This document shows, in pieces, positions 1-9,391 of a DNA stretch of 64,000 nt; within the stretch, counting starts at the first letter, position 1; each line of letters starts with the position of its first letter. This DNA is from a virus. Its lineage: Duplodnaviria > Heunggongvirae > Uroviricota > Caudoviricetes. The stretch is taken from IMG/VR virus record IMGVR_UViG_2925908680_000001, one strand, 5' to 3'. The notes beneath the pieces were generated by a model. That model saw only the letters and a program-made list of their open reading frames with translations, had not been told where the DNA came from and ran no database searches. The position numbers and the translations under genes were made by a program.

Positions 1-837
1 ATTGTTCTTAACTCGGAAGAATCACCGTTCGTCACACCACAATTCATCAAGCAGAAGCTTCTGGAATATGGTGGGCGCGATTCTATTGAGTATATGGTCA
101 AGGTGCTTGGTCAGTTCCCACGAGAAATTAACGGCTATTTGCTTGGTCGTGATGAATGCGATCGCGCTGCTCGCCGCAAGGTGTTGTTGGAGAAAAACTG
201 GGGATGGGTGGCAACGGCTGACGTTGGTAATGGGCGAGATAAGTCGGTCCTCAACATCTGCAAGGTATCTGGTCACAGGGATAAGCGGCGCGTTGTTAAC
301 TTTAAGGTAATGGAGATGCCTGGCACTATGGACCCATTGGCCTTTGCTGACTTTATATATAACGAATGTACGCCGGAAAAATACCCGAATATAACAATCG
401 CGGTTGATGCCGATGGTTTTGGTTCTGATACGTGTGCGCAGTTGGTGCGTCGTGGTGCGAACCCGGTACGTATTCGGTGGGGAAAACCCATGTTTGCGAA
501 CAAAGACAGGGAGCGATTTGTTAATCAGCGTGCCTACGCAAATATTATGGCGCGTGATGCCATAAAGTCAGGGCGTATGCGGATAGACAGTGACCCAAAA
601 ACGGCAGAGCAAGCGTCAAAAATCCCCTTTTTACTGAATGAGGAAGGGAAAATGGCGATGATGCGCAAAGAGCACATGCGGCAAAAGCTAAACATCAAAT
701 CGCCTGACCGATGGGATACCTACTGCTTCACTATGCTGGTGGACTATGTGCCTGCTAATGAAGATATTGGTGCCGAAATGGCAACTTTCCGAGATCAGGT
801 TCTGGCGGATATCGAAATGCCAGATCTGGATATATAA
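1..837 (+). CDS. terminase large subunit (PacB-like), C-terminal nuclease part; 5' end outside window
   Basis: Frame 1 is open from base 1 to the stop at 837; translation has an RNaseH-like acidic motif (IAVDADGFG); it sits beside the recombinase module where pacB lies in P1. Confidence 0.55.
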   Translation: MVLNSEESPFVTPQFIKQKLLEYGGRDSIEYMVKVLGQFPREINGYLLGRDECDRAARRKVLLEKNWGWVATADVGNGRDKSVLNICKVSGHRDKRRVVNFKVMEMPGTMDPLAFADFIYNECTPEKYPNITIAVDADGFGSDTCAQLVRRGANPVRIRWGKPMFANKDRERFVNQRAYANIMARDAIKSGRMRIDSDPKTAEQASKIPFLLNEEGKMAMMRKEHMRQKLNIKSPDRWDTYCFTMLVDYVPANEDIGAEMATFRDQVLADIEMPDLDI

Positions 838-838
838 A

Positions 839-855
839 GCCCCGCTATGCGGGGC
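839..855. terminator. GC-rich hairpin between convergent genes
   Basis: gccccgc-tat-gcggggc inverted repeat directly after the stop at 837; weak T-tract. Confidence 0.4.
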
Positions 856-864
856 CGGTTGTGA

Positions 865-1902
865 TTACCAGAGCTTCGCGGCGTACTGCGTTTGGGGGAA
901 TGTGTATCCGTAACGTTCTTCGATTGCTTTGCCGTATTTTTTACGAGCTTCATTCAGTTTAATGCCGGTCAGGTCGTCTCCAGAGGCCATCATTACGTCT
1001 AACAATTCCAGATCCATTTTATCTAGCCTTGCCATTGCTTCACGTGATGTACGTATCTTACGCTCAATGATATGGCGAATAGCCGGATCGGCATCCTCCA
1101 GCATCTTAGCGGATTTCTGCTTAAGGCTTTCATTGCGAATATCGATGTTCCTTAAGATGTACGACTTCGCAACGTAGCTTGGCTGGTGTTTTTCTAGGTC
1201 ACGAACACGATATAAGTTAAAATCGCCGAGAAGGCTGCAAGGTACCGATTCGACGCCAGAATAAATTGTAATGCTCCGGCGTTCACCAACATTATTGACA
1301 ACGGGGATCGTTGTCTTCGGTAGTCTTGCGAAAACCAATGCGCCATGTGCGCCAACTCTAAAGCGAGAAAGGGCATTGCTGCCTTCGATGTTTGTTGTCA
1401 GCACAACATCTGTATATGCCTCTTTACGCGCCCGGTAGATCTCGCCTTCAGGCTCAGCTTCAAAGAAGCGCTGTTCTTCTTCAAGAGCACCTACAATTTG
1501 AGAAAAAACCCTATTTTTCAGGCTTTTCTTTATGATTTTGTCGTATTTTTTGAGCAATTGTTCACGTGTAAATGTACGTGTTGTTGTAGCGCTTTGCACA
1601 ACAACATGCGTGCTTTGATTGGTGTCCTCAATGATGAATGGGATCGGAGAATATACAGACTCAACAATGTTCGACGCTTTGCCGTCGGCATCGCGGCACA
1701 TGTCAACGAAGGCTTTCCATTCAGCAAGACATTTTTCAGCTTCTTCTAATATGTTTTGGTCATGCGTTAATGCAACATGGCGGAATTCCTCGCCAGCATA
1801 ACTGGTATCATGGAAAACAGAGTTTGCGACCACCAGCTCTTTCCACCGTTCAGCGGTTTGCAGGAACCGTTTGTACTCTTTCTCGATCGACTTCTTACTC
1901 AT
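865..1902 (-). CDS. hypothetical protein, 345 aa
   Basis: Long ORF with no recognised motif; occupies the position where c1/coi lie in P1. Confidence 0.6.
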   Translation of the reverse strand: MSKKSIEKEYKRFLQTAERWKELVVANSVFHDTSYAGEEFRHVALTHDQNILEEAEKCLAEWKAFVDMCRDADGKASNIVESVYSPIPFIIEDTNQSTHVVVQSATTTRTFTREQLLKKYDKIIKKSLKNRVFSQIVGALEEEQRFFEAEPEGEIYRARKEAYTDVVLTTNIEGSNALSRFRVGAHGALVFARLPKTTIPVVNNVGERRSITIYSGVESVPCSLLGDFNLYRVRDLEKHQPSYVAKSYILRNIDIRNESLKQKSAKMLEDADPAIRHIIERKIRTSREAMARLDKMDLELLDVMMASGDDLTGIKLNEARKKYGKAIEERYGYTFPQTQYAAKLW

Positions 1903-2112
1903 TATTCCTACTCGATTTAGTTTTCTAACATAAAATTACTATGACAAATTTATGTCGAATAACAGAGTGAGTAAAGGATCGAACTGTGATTTTTTGTCAT
2001 CAATTTTAGAAAACCAACTGTATAAACCACACTTCGCAAATTAAAGACCATGAAGGCAACGTGTTACTGGTCAAAATCAATCTATGATGGATTAAAAAAA
2101 ATCGCCATTTTG

Positions 2113-2144
2113 TAACTTTAAATAATTGGCATTATTTAAAGTTA
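2113..2144. other. rox-like recombination target site (14-bp perfect inverted repeats, 4-bp spacer)
   Basis: TAACTTTAAATAAT-TGGC-ATTATTTAAAGTTA; its reverse complement matches the rox site of Dre as I recall it; about 150 bp upstream of the recombinase gene. Confidence 0.8.
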
Positions 2145-2296
2145 GGCTATAATCATGTGTAGATGAACAGTGTTGACATCACTGAAAATACGTGCCTCGA
2201 ATCAAAGGTTTGTATTTTGAAAATTAACTTATAGCTACCCTGTCATTTTTATATTTTTCGCGTAGCGACATCTGTATATAGAGGTGAAATAGTTTC

Positions 2297-3325
2297 ATGA
2301 GTGAATTAATTATCTCTGGCAGTTCCGGTGGTTTTCTGCGCAACATTGGCAAAGAGTACCAGGAAGCCGCAGAAAACTTTATTCGGTTCATGAATGACCA
2401 GGGGGCTTATGCGCCGAATACACTGCGCGACCTCCGGTTAGTGTTTCATTCCTGGGCGCGCTGGTGTCACGCTCGCCAGCTTGCCTGGTTTCCGATCTCA
2501 CCAGAAATGGCCCGCGAGTATTTTCTTCAGCTGCATGATGCCGATCTGGCTTCGACCACCATTGATAAGCACTACGCCATGCTGAACATGCTGCTTTCGC
2601 ATTGTGGCCTTCCGCCACTTTCGGATGATAAAAGTGTTTCTCTGGCTATGCGGCGCATCCGGCGCGAAGCGGCAACTGAAAAAGGCGAACGAACAGGCCA
2701 GGCTATTCCTTTGCGGTGGGATGATCTGAAACTGATCGACGTCCTGTTGTCCAGGTCAGAACGGCTGGTGGACCTGCGCAACCGGGCTTTTCTCTTTGTT
2801 GCATACAATACGCTGATGCGTATGTCGGAAATCTCGCGTATTCGCATAAGAGATCTGGACCAAACAGGTGACACTGTCACGTTGCATATTTCACACACGA
2901 AGACAATAACGACCGCAGCCGGGCTTGATAAGGTGCTTTCCCGTCGCACTACTGCTGTGCTGAATGACTGGCTGGAGGCTTCCGGGCTTCGTGAACATCC
3001 TGACGCGGTGCTGTTCCCGCCGGTACACCGTAGCAATAAGGCCAGGATTACGGCAACGCCCCTTACTGCGCCTGCAATGGAGAAAATATTCAGCGACGCC
3101 TGGGTGTTGCTGAATAAAGGAGATGCTACGCCAAACAAAGGAAGATACCGGACGTGGACCGGGCATAGTGCACGCGTCGGGGCCGCTATCGATATGGCTG
3201 AAAAGCAGGTATCTATGGTGGAGATTATGCAGGAAGGAACCTGGAAGAAACCGGAAACACTTATGCGGTATCTGCGCCGTGGCGGCGTGTCTGTGGGGGC
3301 TAATAGCCGCCTGATGGATTTGTGA
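2297..3325 (+). CDS. dre: Cre-family tyrosine recombinase, Dre-like
   Basis: 342-aa translation aligns along its length with P1 Cre from memory (WFPxxPExxRxYLL, LAFLxxAYNTLxRxxEIxRIR, HSARVGAA, EIMQxGxW) and matches my recollection of Dre. Confidence 0.9.
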   Translation: MSELIISGSSGGFLRNIGKEYQEAAENFIRFMNDQGAYAPNTLRDLRLVFHSWARWCHARQLAWFPISPEMAREYFLQLHDADLASTTIDKHYAMLNMLLSHCGLPPLSDDKSVSLAMRRIRREAATEKGERTGQAIPLRWDDLKLIDVLLSRSERLVDLRNRAFLFVAYNTLMRMSEISRIRIRDLDQTGDTVTLHISHTKTITTAAGLDKVLSRRTTAVLNDWLEASGLREHPDAVLFPPVHRSNKARITATPLTAPAMEKIFSDAWVLLNKGDATPNKGRYRTWTGHSARVGAAIDMAEKQVSMVEIMQEGTWKKPETLMRYLRRGGVSVGANSRLMDL

Positions 3326-3398
3326 ATTAAATTTCTAACACATCTTTTTAGATTAACATCTTTGCTGTAAAGTACCCTCGCCTATTTAGGAGGGTGCT

Positions 3399-3743
3399 TT
3401 GCAGAGTCAAATCACGGAATCAAGACGCTTCAAGGTGGATGGTTACACCGTAACCTTCGCCGCTGGTGTTAAGAACAGTCATGCTGTCGTTGTGTTCGGC
3501 ATCATGACCGGGCTTGAGGCCGTCCCTGTGTTTACCCTCGAAAAAAACTGGCGAAATCTGGAGGAAGCAGAAAGCTACGTCCGGAAAGTAACCATCATTG
3601 CCGCCGAAAAACTCCTGGCCCACTATCAGGAAAATTATCGCACTATGGTCGAGAAGATTAATCTCGCTTTCACTCGCCCCACTACCGGCTTTATCGCACC
3701 AGATACTAATGCAGGTCGATATCCTGCAAGGGGGCGTCGGTGA
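3399..3743 (+). CDS. hypothetical protein, 114 aa
   Basis: ORF with an RBS-like AGGAGG upstream; no recognised motif. Confidence 0.4.
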   Translation: MQSQITESRRFKVDGYTVTFAAGVKNSHAVVVFGIMTGLEAVPVFTLEKNWRNLEEAESYVRKVTIIAAEKLLAHYQENYRTMVEKINLAFTRPTTGFIAPDTNAGRYPARGRR

Positions 3744-4216
3744 AAACTTATTACCCATCTCTGAATTGTTACCCGTCTTCCTATCCAGAATTGTCCGGGA
3801 AGCTGTTAGCTCTATTAGCTAAAGCACCTACGGAATGGTTTAAGCCAGTCGTTATTAATCCGCACTTCCAGGATTACGGATCTGTTCGTACTCGTAACGA
3901 ACTCAAAAACCTACTGGCGCATGGATTCATTCGACACCGTGCCGGGAAAGGCTATCAGTTAGCGATTGCGCCAGAAGAGGCCGTGCGGCTATTCGCATAT
4001 CGTGACAGCCAGACAAAAGCTCGGGTAATAGCTCAAATACTTCATAACGGCAGCACCTATGCCCGCCAGTTTGGCGGCGACACGTCGCAGTTCTTGCGGG
4101 CGGTGCGATCGCTGGAGGAGCAAGGAGTTATTGAAAGTTCCTGTCTTCCTGTTCCTACCGTTCCACATATCAAACGTCGGGTTTACACCTTCACGCAGAG
4201 AGCTAAAAAACTATGA
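3740..4216 (+). CDS. hypothetical protein, 158 aa
   Basis: ORF overlapping its neighbours by 4 bp, consistent with an operon; no recognised motif. Confidence 0.5.
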   Translation: MKTYYPSLNCYPSSYPELSGKLLALLAKAPTEWFKPVVINPHFQDYGSVRTRNELKNLLAHGFIRHRAGKGYQLAIAPEEAVRLFAYRDSQTKARVIAQILHNGSTYARQFGGDTSQFLRAVRSLEEQGVIESSCLPVPTVPHIKRRVYTFTQRAKKL

Positions 4217-4707
4217 TTTACGTAAAAGTGAAACGCCTACATCCGGCAGCAAAACTTCCAGCTTATGCCACCTCCGGATCGGCGGCGATGGATTTTGAGG
4301 CTGTTGAAATAACACCATGCGTCGATAGCAATGGTGAAATTTCCTCAAGCTGGTGGGTGCATACCGGACTGGCTATGGAGATCCCGCCCGGCTGGTGTCT
4401 GAAACTCTATCCGCGCTCCGGGTTGGGTTGCAAAAAACATACCCGCCTGGCTAACTGCGTAGGAATTATCGACTCCGATTATCGCGGTGAAATCATGGCA
4501 AAACTGATTGCTGATCCCGGCGGGGAAGGCGTTTGCCTCAAGCCTGGAATGGCTGTTATGCAAGGCATTTTTGAGCGTGTTGAACAAGTCTCACTAGTCG
4601 AGGTTGAGGAACTCAACGAAACGGAACGTGGTGCTGGTGGCTTTGGTAGCACATCGGAAGGCCACTTTGAAATTAAGCGTTCACCGCTTCAGTACGAAAA
4701 GTTATAA
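4213..4707 (+). CDS. dut: dUTP diphosphatase
   Basis: dUTPase motifs in translation (AGxDL-like SAAMDF, PRSG, GIIDSDYRGE). Confidence 0.85.
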   Translation: MIYVKVKRLHPAAKLPAYATSGSAAMDFEAVEITPCVDSNGEISSSWWVHTGLAMEIPPGWCLKLYPRSGLGCKKHTRLANCVGIIDSDYRGEIMAKLIADPGGEGVCLKPGMAVMQGIFERVEQVSLVEVEELNETERGAGGFGSTSEGHFEIKRSPLQYEKL

Positions 4708-4721
4708 GCAGAGAAAAGACT

Positions 4722-5372
4722 ATGAATAACATGGCAACGAAAGAGCTTTTTAAGGTCCTTCCCAAATACAAAGCTCACAAAAACGTTAGTGCATCGAAAA
4801 TCAAAAATGTTGTTATTTTCGGAGTAACTGATGACCCACTTTGGGGCTGCATCGAACTCGTTGAACCCAAAGGGGCAACAGTTTGTGTTGACGCAATTTT
4901 TTTACAAAAACACCGACCAAAAACTGGCGGGTATCTGATCGTTTATGAAAACGGTTATCTGTTCTATGCCCCGGAGAAACCATTTGAGCAATGCTATGGC
5001 CTGGTTAACGACGCCTCCGAAAATGGGGTATCGCTCAGCATTGAAGGTCACAATGGGGTGACATTCATTACAGCCAGGGACGTAACTATTGCTGTCGGTG
5101 GCATCATTACCACACAAGAAGAAATCGACCTTGAAGCAGCCGACTTTTCTGACGCGCTAATGTGGCTGAAAGAAGGAAAAAATGTAGCTCGACGCGAGTG
5201 GAAAGGCGAAAAGCAATTCTGCTGGTTAGTTCTCGCTGGGAGCGTCAATTTACATGACATTCAGGTTCCTTATGGTGACCATTTTGTGTTGAAAGATGCA
5301 CAAAATATAAACAGCGTTTGGTTGCCGTCTGTTGATGATTTACTGGCTTGTGACTGGTTTGTAGTGGAGTGA
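4722..5372 (+). CDS. hypothetical protein, 216 aa
   Basis: ORF in operon after dut; C-terminal region W/K-rich; unassigned. Confidence 0.55.
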   Translation: MNNMATKELFKVLPKYKAHKNVSASKIKNVVIFGVTDDPLWGCIELVEPKGATVCVDAIFLQKHRPKTGGYLIVYENGYLFYAPEKPFEQCYGLVNDASENGVSLSIEGHNGVTFITARDVTIAVGGIITTQEEIDLEAADFSDALMWLKEGKNVARREWKGEKQFCWLVLAGSVNLHDIQVPYGDHFVLKDAQNINSVWLPSVDDLLACDWFVVE

Positions 5373-5378
5373 TTTGAC

Positions 5379-6155
5379 ATGGAAAGCACCAAAACAATTC
5401 AATACCGCTTGCGTAATGGCCTGCTGGTGGCTGTTAACGCCGACATGTCACTGCCGTTTGACACGATTGAACGCACTATCATGACGTATCTCGGCTTTAA
5501 TGAAGAGCTGAATGAAGAGCATGGCGTAGCTATATGGAGTGATGCAGACAGCGGCGTTCGTCGTTACATCACCGCCAGGGGCAAAGACTACTCTCTGGAA
5601 GAACTGTTTGCCCTTGCGCAGTCTTTCGAATGTGTAGCATTAGACCTGTTTAATGATCCTGCTATAGCGCAACGACTTATACGCGAGCTTGGGCTATCCG
5701 TTACACCAATTATCTTTAAAAATGGCAGCCTAACTGGCACATGGCGCGTAGAACGCATCTCAAACTACCTTCCATATAACCGACAGTTAAATGGAGTAAT
5801 CTCCGGCGTTAATCAGCCCGTAGCGTGTGAAAATGTAAACCTGGTTGTCGCTGTTTTGGCAACCGCATGTCGTGTTATCGGTTTGGCTAAACAGGCATTT
5901 ATTCATTTCCCAAATGGTGCAGAAGGTAGCGCAGAGATTATCGCGTGTGATTTCGAATTTACCTGGATGCTACGCGAATATCTGGACCAAACAGTATTCC
6001 GTGCCGAAGAACTGGATATGTATATCACGTCAACGATTCCAGACGATGTGCGAGCTGAAGCAATCGCTACAGCCAGGGCGAAATGCCGTGCGGCGATTGC
6101 AGAACGGGCCAAAGAAGAACAGTCCAATGATACAGCGGCAGAAGAGGTGAAATAA
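5379..6155 (+). CDS. hypothetical protein, 258 aa
   Basis: ORF followed by a clear terminator. Confidence 0.55.
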   Translation: MESTKTIQYRLRNGLLVAVNADMSLPFDTIERTIMTYLGFNEELNEEHGVAIWSDADSGVRRYITARGKDYSLEELFALAQSFECVALDLFNDPAIAQRLIRELGLSVTPIIFKNGSLTGTWRVERISNYLPYNRQLNGVISGVNQPVACENVNLVVAVLATACRVIGLAKQAFIHFPNGAEGSAEIIACDFEFTWMLREYLDQTVFRAEELDMYITSTIPDDVRAEAIATARAKCRAAIAERAKEEQSNDTAAEEVK

Positions 6156-6161
6156 CAAAAA

Positions 6162-6189
6162 GCCCGCTTGGTATGGCGGGCTTCTTTTC
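6162..6189 (+). terminator. rho-independent terminator
   Basis: gcccgc-ttggtatg-gcgggc hairpin followed by ttcttttc. Confidence 0.6.
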
Positions 6190-6406
6190 AAATACTGGAA
6201 GCACTTTGTCTGCTACCAAGCATTCTCTGTTTAAGCACAACCATTTCCTGACGGCATAACACAGCAATAGCGGTCCTGGCACCAATTTGCTTACCAATCA
6301 GGTATTGCTTTACCTCGCGGCGACTCACGCCATCAAGAAGCATCTTTAACGCTTCACGGGACAATTTGTTGTATTTGCGTGCCATTAATCTACTCCGCAG
6401 AACCAT
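6188..6406 (-). CDS. hypothetical small protein
   Basis: Short ORF on the same strand as doc; start uncertain. Confidence 0.3.
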   Translation of the reverse strand: MVLRSRLMARKYNKLSREALKMLLDGVSRREVKQYLIGKQIGARTAIAVLCRQEMVVLKQRMLGSRQSASSI

Positions 6407-6665
6407 ACAATCTACGTAGCGTGGTAGCAGTAGATGCAGATATCGCCCTTAAAACCTCCTCCTTACTTACATCACTGCGGGAGAGGATTTCAGAAGGCGA
6501 TATTTCCTTTAACGACTTTTGCTTCTCTTTGCAGTTCTCGACCAGTTCCGCAGGAATAACAAACCTGCTATCAATCGGCACAAGTTCATCAAGCGTTTGT
6601 TTGGGTACGTTAAACGTAGGATTCTTGAACACCGCAGATTCGGTTCTTAAGTTAATTTTCGACAT
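6390..6665 (-). CDS. hypothetical small protein, 91 aa
   Basis: Short ORF; unassigned. Confidence 0.35.
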   Translation of the reverse strand: MSKINLRTESAVFKNPTFNVPKQTLDELVPIDSRFVIPAELVENCKEKQKSLKEISPSEILSRSDVSKEEVLRAISASTATTLRRLYGSAE

Positions 6666-6684
6666 TGTTTCGTAACTCCACTAC

Positions 6685-7065
6685 TCAAGTCTTGGAACCA
6701 TATAGTTCACGTAGCTTTTCTGCGACTGAAGATACGGCGATTTCACCAGTCGCAGCCCCTACAGTAAGGTCTGCCAGTTCAGGTGAATCAAATACCTGCA
6801 CCCCGTTACGGCGTAGAAATAGCAGCGCACTGTTTAGCGCGGTACGCTTATTGGCATCATTGAATATATGCCCTCTCGCTGTAGCCACCAGGTAGGTGGC
6901 GGAGACTTCGAAAAGGTCGGTGATCTCTTCGTAGGCAACTCTGGCCTGAACTCTCCCGATAATGGCCTCTGCCCTGCCCGGATCTGACATGCCAGGCAGG
7001 CCGCCGTAGCGGCTTATATTCGCATCATGAAGCGCAATAAGTTCTTCCGGTGATATATGCCTCAT
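6685..7065 (-). CDS. doc: Doc toxin (Fic-family kinase)
   Basis: 126-aa translation almost identical to P1 Doc as I recall it ([25 protein letters not shown]...). Confidence 0.95.
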
Positions 7066-7286
7066 TATCGGTTAACCAGTTCCTTGTTGGTGGAGTCCAG
7101 GGTGTCAAACAGGGATGCAAATTCAGCATCCAGCGCCGCTTTTTTGTAGGCTTCGAAAGTAGACTTGCTGACAATTACTGCTGGCTCACGGCCTCTGCGG
7201 GTGATTTCAACCTCTTCCCCGGCTTCAACATTGTTGAGCACTTCAGAAAGGTTGCCGCGCGCGGTACGGAAGTTAATGGATTGCAT
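7065..7286 (-). CDS. phd: Phd antitoxin
   Basis: Translation from the internal Met ([39 protein letters not shown]...) matches P1 Phd; stop overlaps the doc start. Confidence 0.95.
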
Positions 7287-7358
7287 AAACACCTCGTGTA
7301 CTCGTTATGTGTACACAATTATAAACCTCACAGGCATAAAGCACCAGCCCTTTGCAGC

Positions 7359-7748
7359 TTAAATAACCGGACAATCATCAAACTCCCCAATTCGGGCATC
7401 ATTGATGACATGAGTGATCACACCAAAAACAGCATTACTGCCCGTGCATCCATCGTCATCTACTGGTAACGCCTCTTTCTTCCCGGTGCTTAAATCCTCC
7501 AGGTGCTGGCGCGGATACTTCCTGTATCTCTTTATGCGATATTCACCCTCCATAGCGCAGACAAGTAGCGAACCATCAACCGGAGTAAGTGAGGAATCGA
7601 CCACCAGCAAAGCACCCTGCAATATTCCCTCACGGTGATGGCTATCAGCTGCCCGCATGAAGTAGGTTGCTGATGGATGCCTGATTAGTTGCTGATCAAG
7701 AGAAATTCGGCTTTCAACATAATCCGCCGCAGGAGAAGGGAAGCCCAT
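7359..7748 (-). CDS. humD: UmuD-like S24 peptidase (HumD-like)
   Basis: UmuD/LexA C-terminal domain features; adjacent to phd-doc as in P1. Confidence 0.8.
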   Translation of the reverse strand: MGFPSPAADYVESRISLDQQLIRHPSATYFMRAADSHHREGILQGALLVVDSSLTPVDGSLLVCAMEGEYRIKRYRKYPRQHLEDLSTGKKEALPVDDDGCTGSNAVFGVITHVINDARIGEFDDCPVI

Positions 7749-7767
7749 AGCGTTTTCACCTCAACAA

Positions 7768-7787
7768 TACTGTTCATTTATACAGTA
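7768..7787. promoter_or_regulatory. LexA (SOS) box
   Basis: tACTGTtcatttatACAGta, i.e. CTGT-N8-ACAG, about 20 bp upstream of the humD start. Confidence 0.65.
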
Positions 7788-7922
7788 TACATTAAAGGGA
7801 CACCTTTGGTGCAAACGCGTTACGTACATCAACCACCGCTGATGATTTTGTGCTCTTTGCTACTATTCATCACCAACGGATCAGCGTAACCTCGTTGCCA
7901 ATCAGTTAATAAGGAATTAGCT

Positions 7923-8504
7923 ATGCCTAATCGCATTCCTCTCGATCCTGTATTGCCCAAGAATTTTGACTGCACTCCTAACGAGAAACGCTCTAAAGCT
8001 CAGCTGGACGCCTGGTGGGACCATCCCTATGGGGTTACAGAACATGACGGGAAAATTGTTGTTTATTGTCTGAATGGTGGCGCGTGGGACCGTCCATCCG
8101 TGCTTGGTTTGGCAAATAACTATGATGAAGCCTGTGAACTTGCCGAAAGACAGCAGGCTAGATGGGTGAATACACGGTCTGAACCGACATTCATGTTTTC
8201 AAAAGAACCGCCATTTATACTGGCGAGGATGCCGCAGCGACCGGATCATCAACAAGAAATTGTTGCTGAATTTTCCTCAAGGGATGAGATGAATCTCTTC
8301 TCATTAAAGCAGGAAGAAAGGGATCGCGTCGAAGTGTCTCCAACTCTCGACCACAACCAGATGAACCTGGCCCAACTCGCCTGGTACAGCAAAGAATTAG
8401 AGATGTCTATTGCCCGACTTGAAAACGAAAAAGCCGCTATCCAAGCCCAGCATGAAGTAGTTCTGAACCGGATTAGAGAAATGCAAAACGATAATAGAGG
8501 CTAA
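7923..8504 (+). CDS. hypothetical protein, 193 aa
   Basis: ORF divergent from humD; coiled-coil C-terminus. Confidence 0.5.
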   Translation: MPNRIPLDPVLPKNFDCTPNEKRSKAQLDAWWDHPYGVTEHDGKIVVYCLNGGAWDRPSVLGLANNYDEACELAERQQARWVNTRSEPTFMFSKEPPFILARMPQRPDHQQEIVAEFSSRDEMNLFSLKQEERDRVEVSPTLDHNQMNLAQLAWYSKELEMSIARLENEKAAIQAQHEVVLNRIREMQNDNRG

Positions 8505-8564
8505 ATCGAGGTAGAAAACACATTGTTTAAGGCCACTAATTGTGGCCTCAAAGGGGAGAGATGC

Positions 8565-9116
8565 TTATTGGCTATGGCTAAAAATCAAATGAGACACTTC
8601 ATGTGGTTGTAGCTCGTCAAGATCCGGGGCCACAAAACCTTTTCCGAAAAACTTCACAAGTAATTCACCAGCCGAATCATTGTCACCTATTACACGAAAG
8701 TCATACGGCAGCATCGCAAGTTGACGGCGTAATCCTGCGGAGAAAGTCGAACCTAACAGCGCCCACGAATTGCCGCCCGCGTTGTGTACAGCTGCGCTCT
8801 TAAAAATAGACTCAGTTATCCATATTGGGCCATCTTTTAAAGGAAGATAGGTTCCCCAAAGTAACTGTCTGCCATGTGATCGCGTGAAATACCGGGCCAT
8901 CTTCGGATTGCTATGCTGCTTAGGAGCACCTGGTCTATATGTCTGATACCCAGCCAACATCCCATCAAACCTGTATAGAGGGAATGTAACTACTCCTTCA
9001 CTTTCATCGATCCACTGTCTATATGGGTGTATATCATGGCGGTAGTTACGAGTTAGCAAATGAGCTTCCAGCTTTCCAAATTTTGTCATATTCCGTTCTT
9101 CCTGCATACTGGGCAT
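8565..9116 (-). CDS. Toprim-like domain protein, 183 aa
   Basis: Translation has a conserved Glu (ITESIF) followed by VIGDNDSAGE, a DxD motif in Toprim-like spacing. Confidence 0.5.
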   Translation of the reverse strand: MPSMQEERNMTKFGKLEAHLLTRNYRHDIHPYRQWIDESEGVVTFPLYRFDGMLAGYQTYRPGAPKQHSNPKMARYFTRSHGRQLLWGTYLPLKDGPIWITESIFKSAAVHNAGGNSWALLGSTFSAGLRRQLAMLPYDFRVIGDNDSAGELLVKFFGKGFVAPDLDELQPHEVSHLIFSHSQ

Positions 9117-9391
9117 GTGTTCTCTGTGAAATATGGGAAACTATTATCCAGCTCATCTACCCACTGTTTATGGTCGAAGCAGAAAAATATCTCCCACGGC
9201 ATTCCATATTCTTCCATCCATAGGCGGATCTGCATTTCTATTGGAATCGGCGGTATTGCAGACACCATATCAACAGGATAACAGTTCAGACGACGTTCCA
9301 GTTTTTCTACTCTCTTCTGGAGATGAAATATCCGATCCAGATGCACACGCCGCTCCCGTGCCATTTTAAAATAAAGCTCGCCGGTCATCAT
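9086..9391 (-). CDS. coiled-coil / zinc-ribbon small protein (paralog 1)
   Basis: C-terminal FPYFTENTCPVCR; paralogous to the adjacent gene. Confidence 0.5.
   Translation of the reverse strand: MMTGELYFKMARERRVHLDRIFHLQKRVEKLERRLNCYPVDMVSAIPPIPIEMQIRLWMEEYGMPWEIFFCFDHKQWVDELDNSFPYFTENTCPVCRKNGI

Noticed and set aside
2-310. 102-aa ORF at the window start
   Set aside because: Out of frame with the longer terminase reading frame, which is open from base 1; probably an overlapping spurious frame.
2572-3138. 188-aa ORF antisense to the dre recombinase gene
   Set aside because: Lies entirely inside a well-supported gene on the opposite strand, with Ser/Arg-rich composition typical of a spurious antisense frame.
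2297-3325. Tyrosine recombinase as a chromosomal integrase marking an integrated prophage
   Set aside because: The protein is Cre/Dre-type with its own rox-like site and sits within plasmid maintenance functions; this indicates a dimer-resolution or cyclisation recombinase of a plasmid prophage, not an attP integrase.
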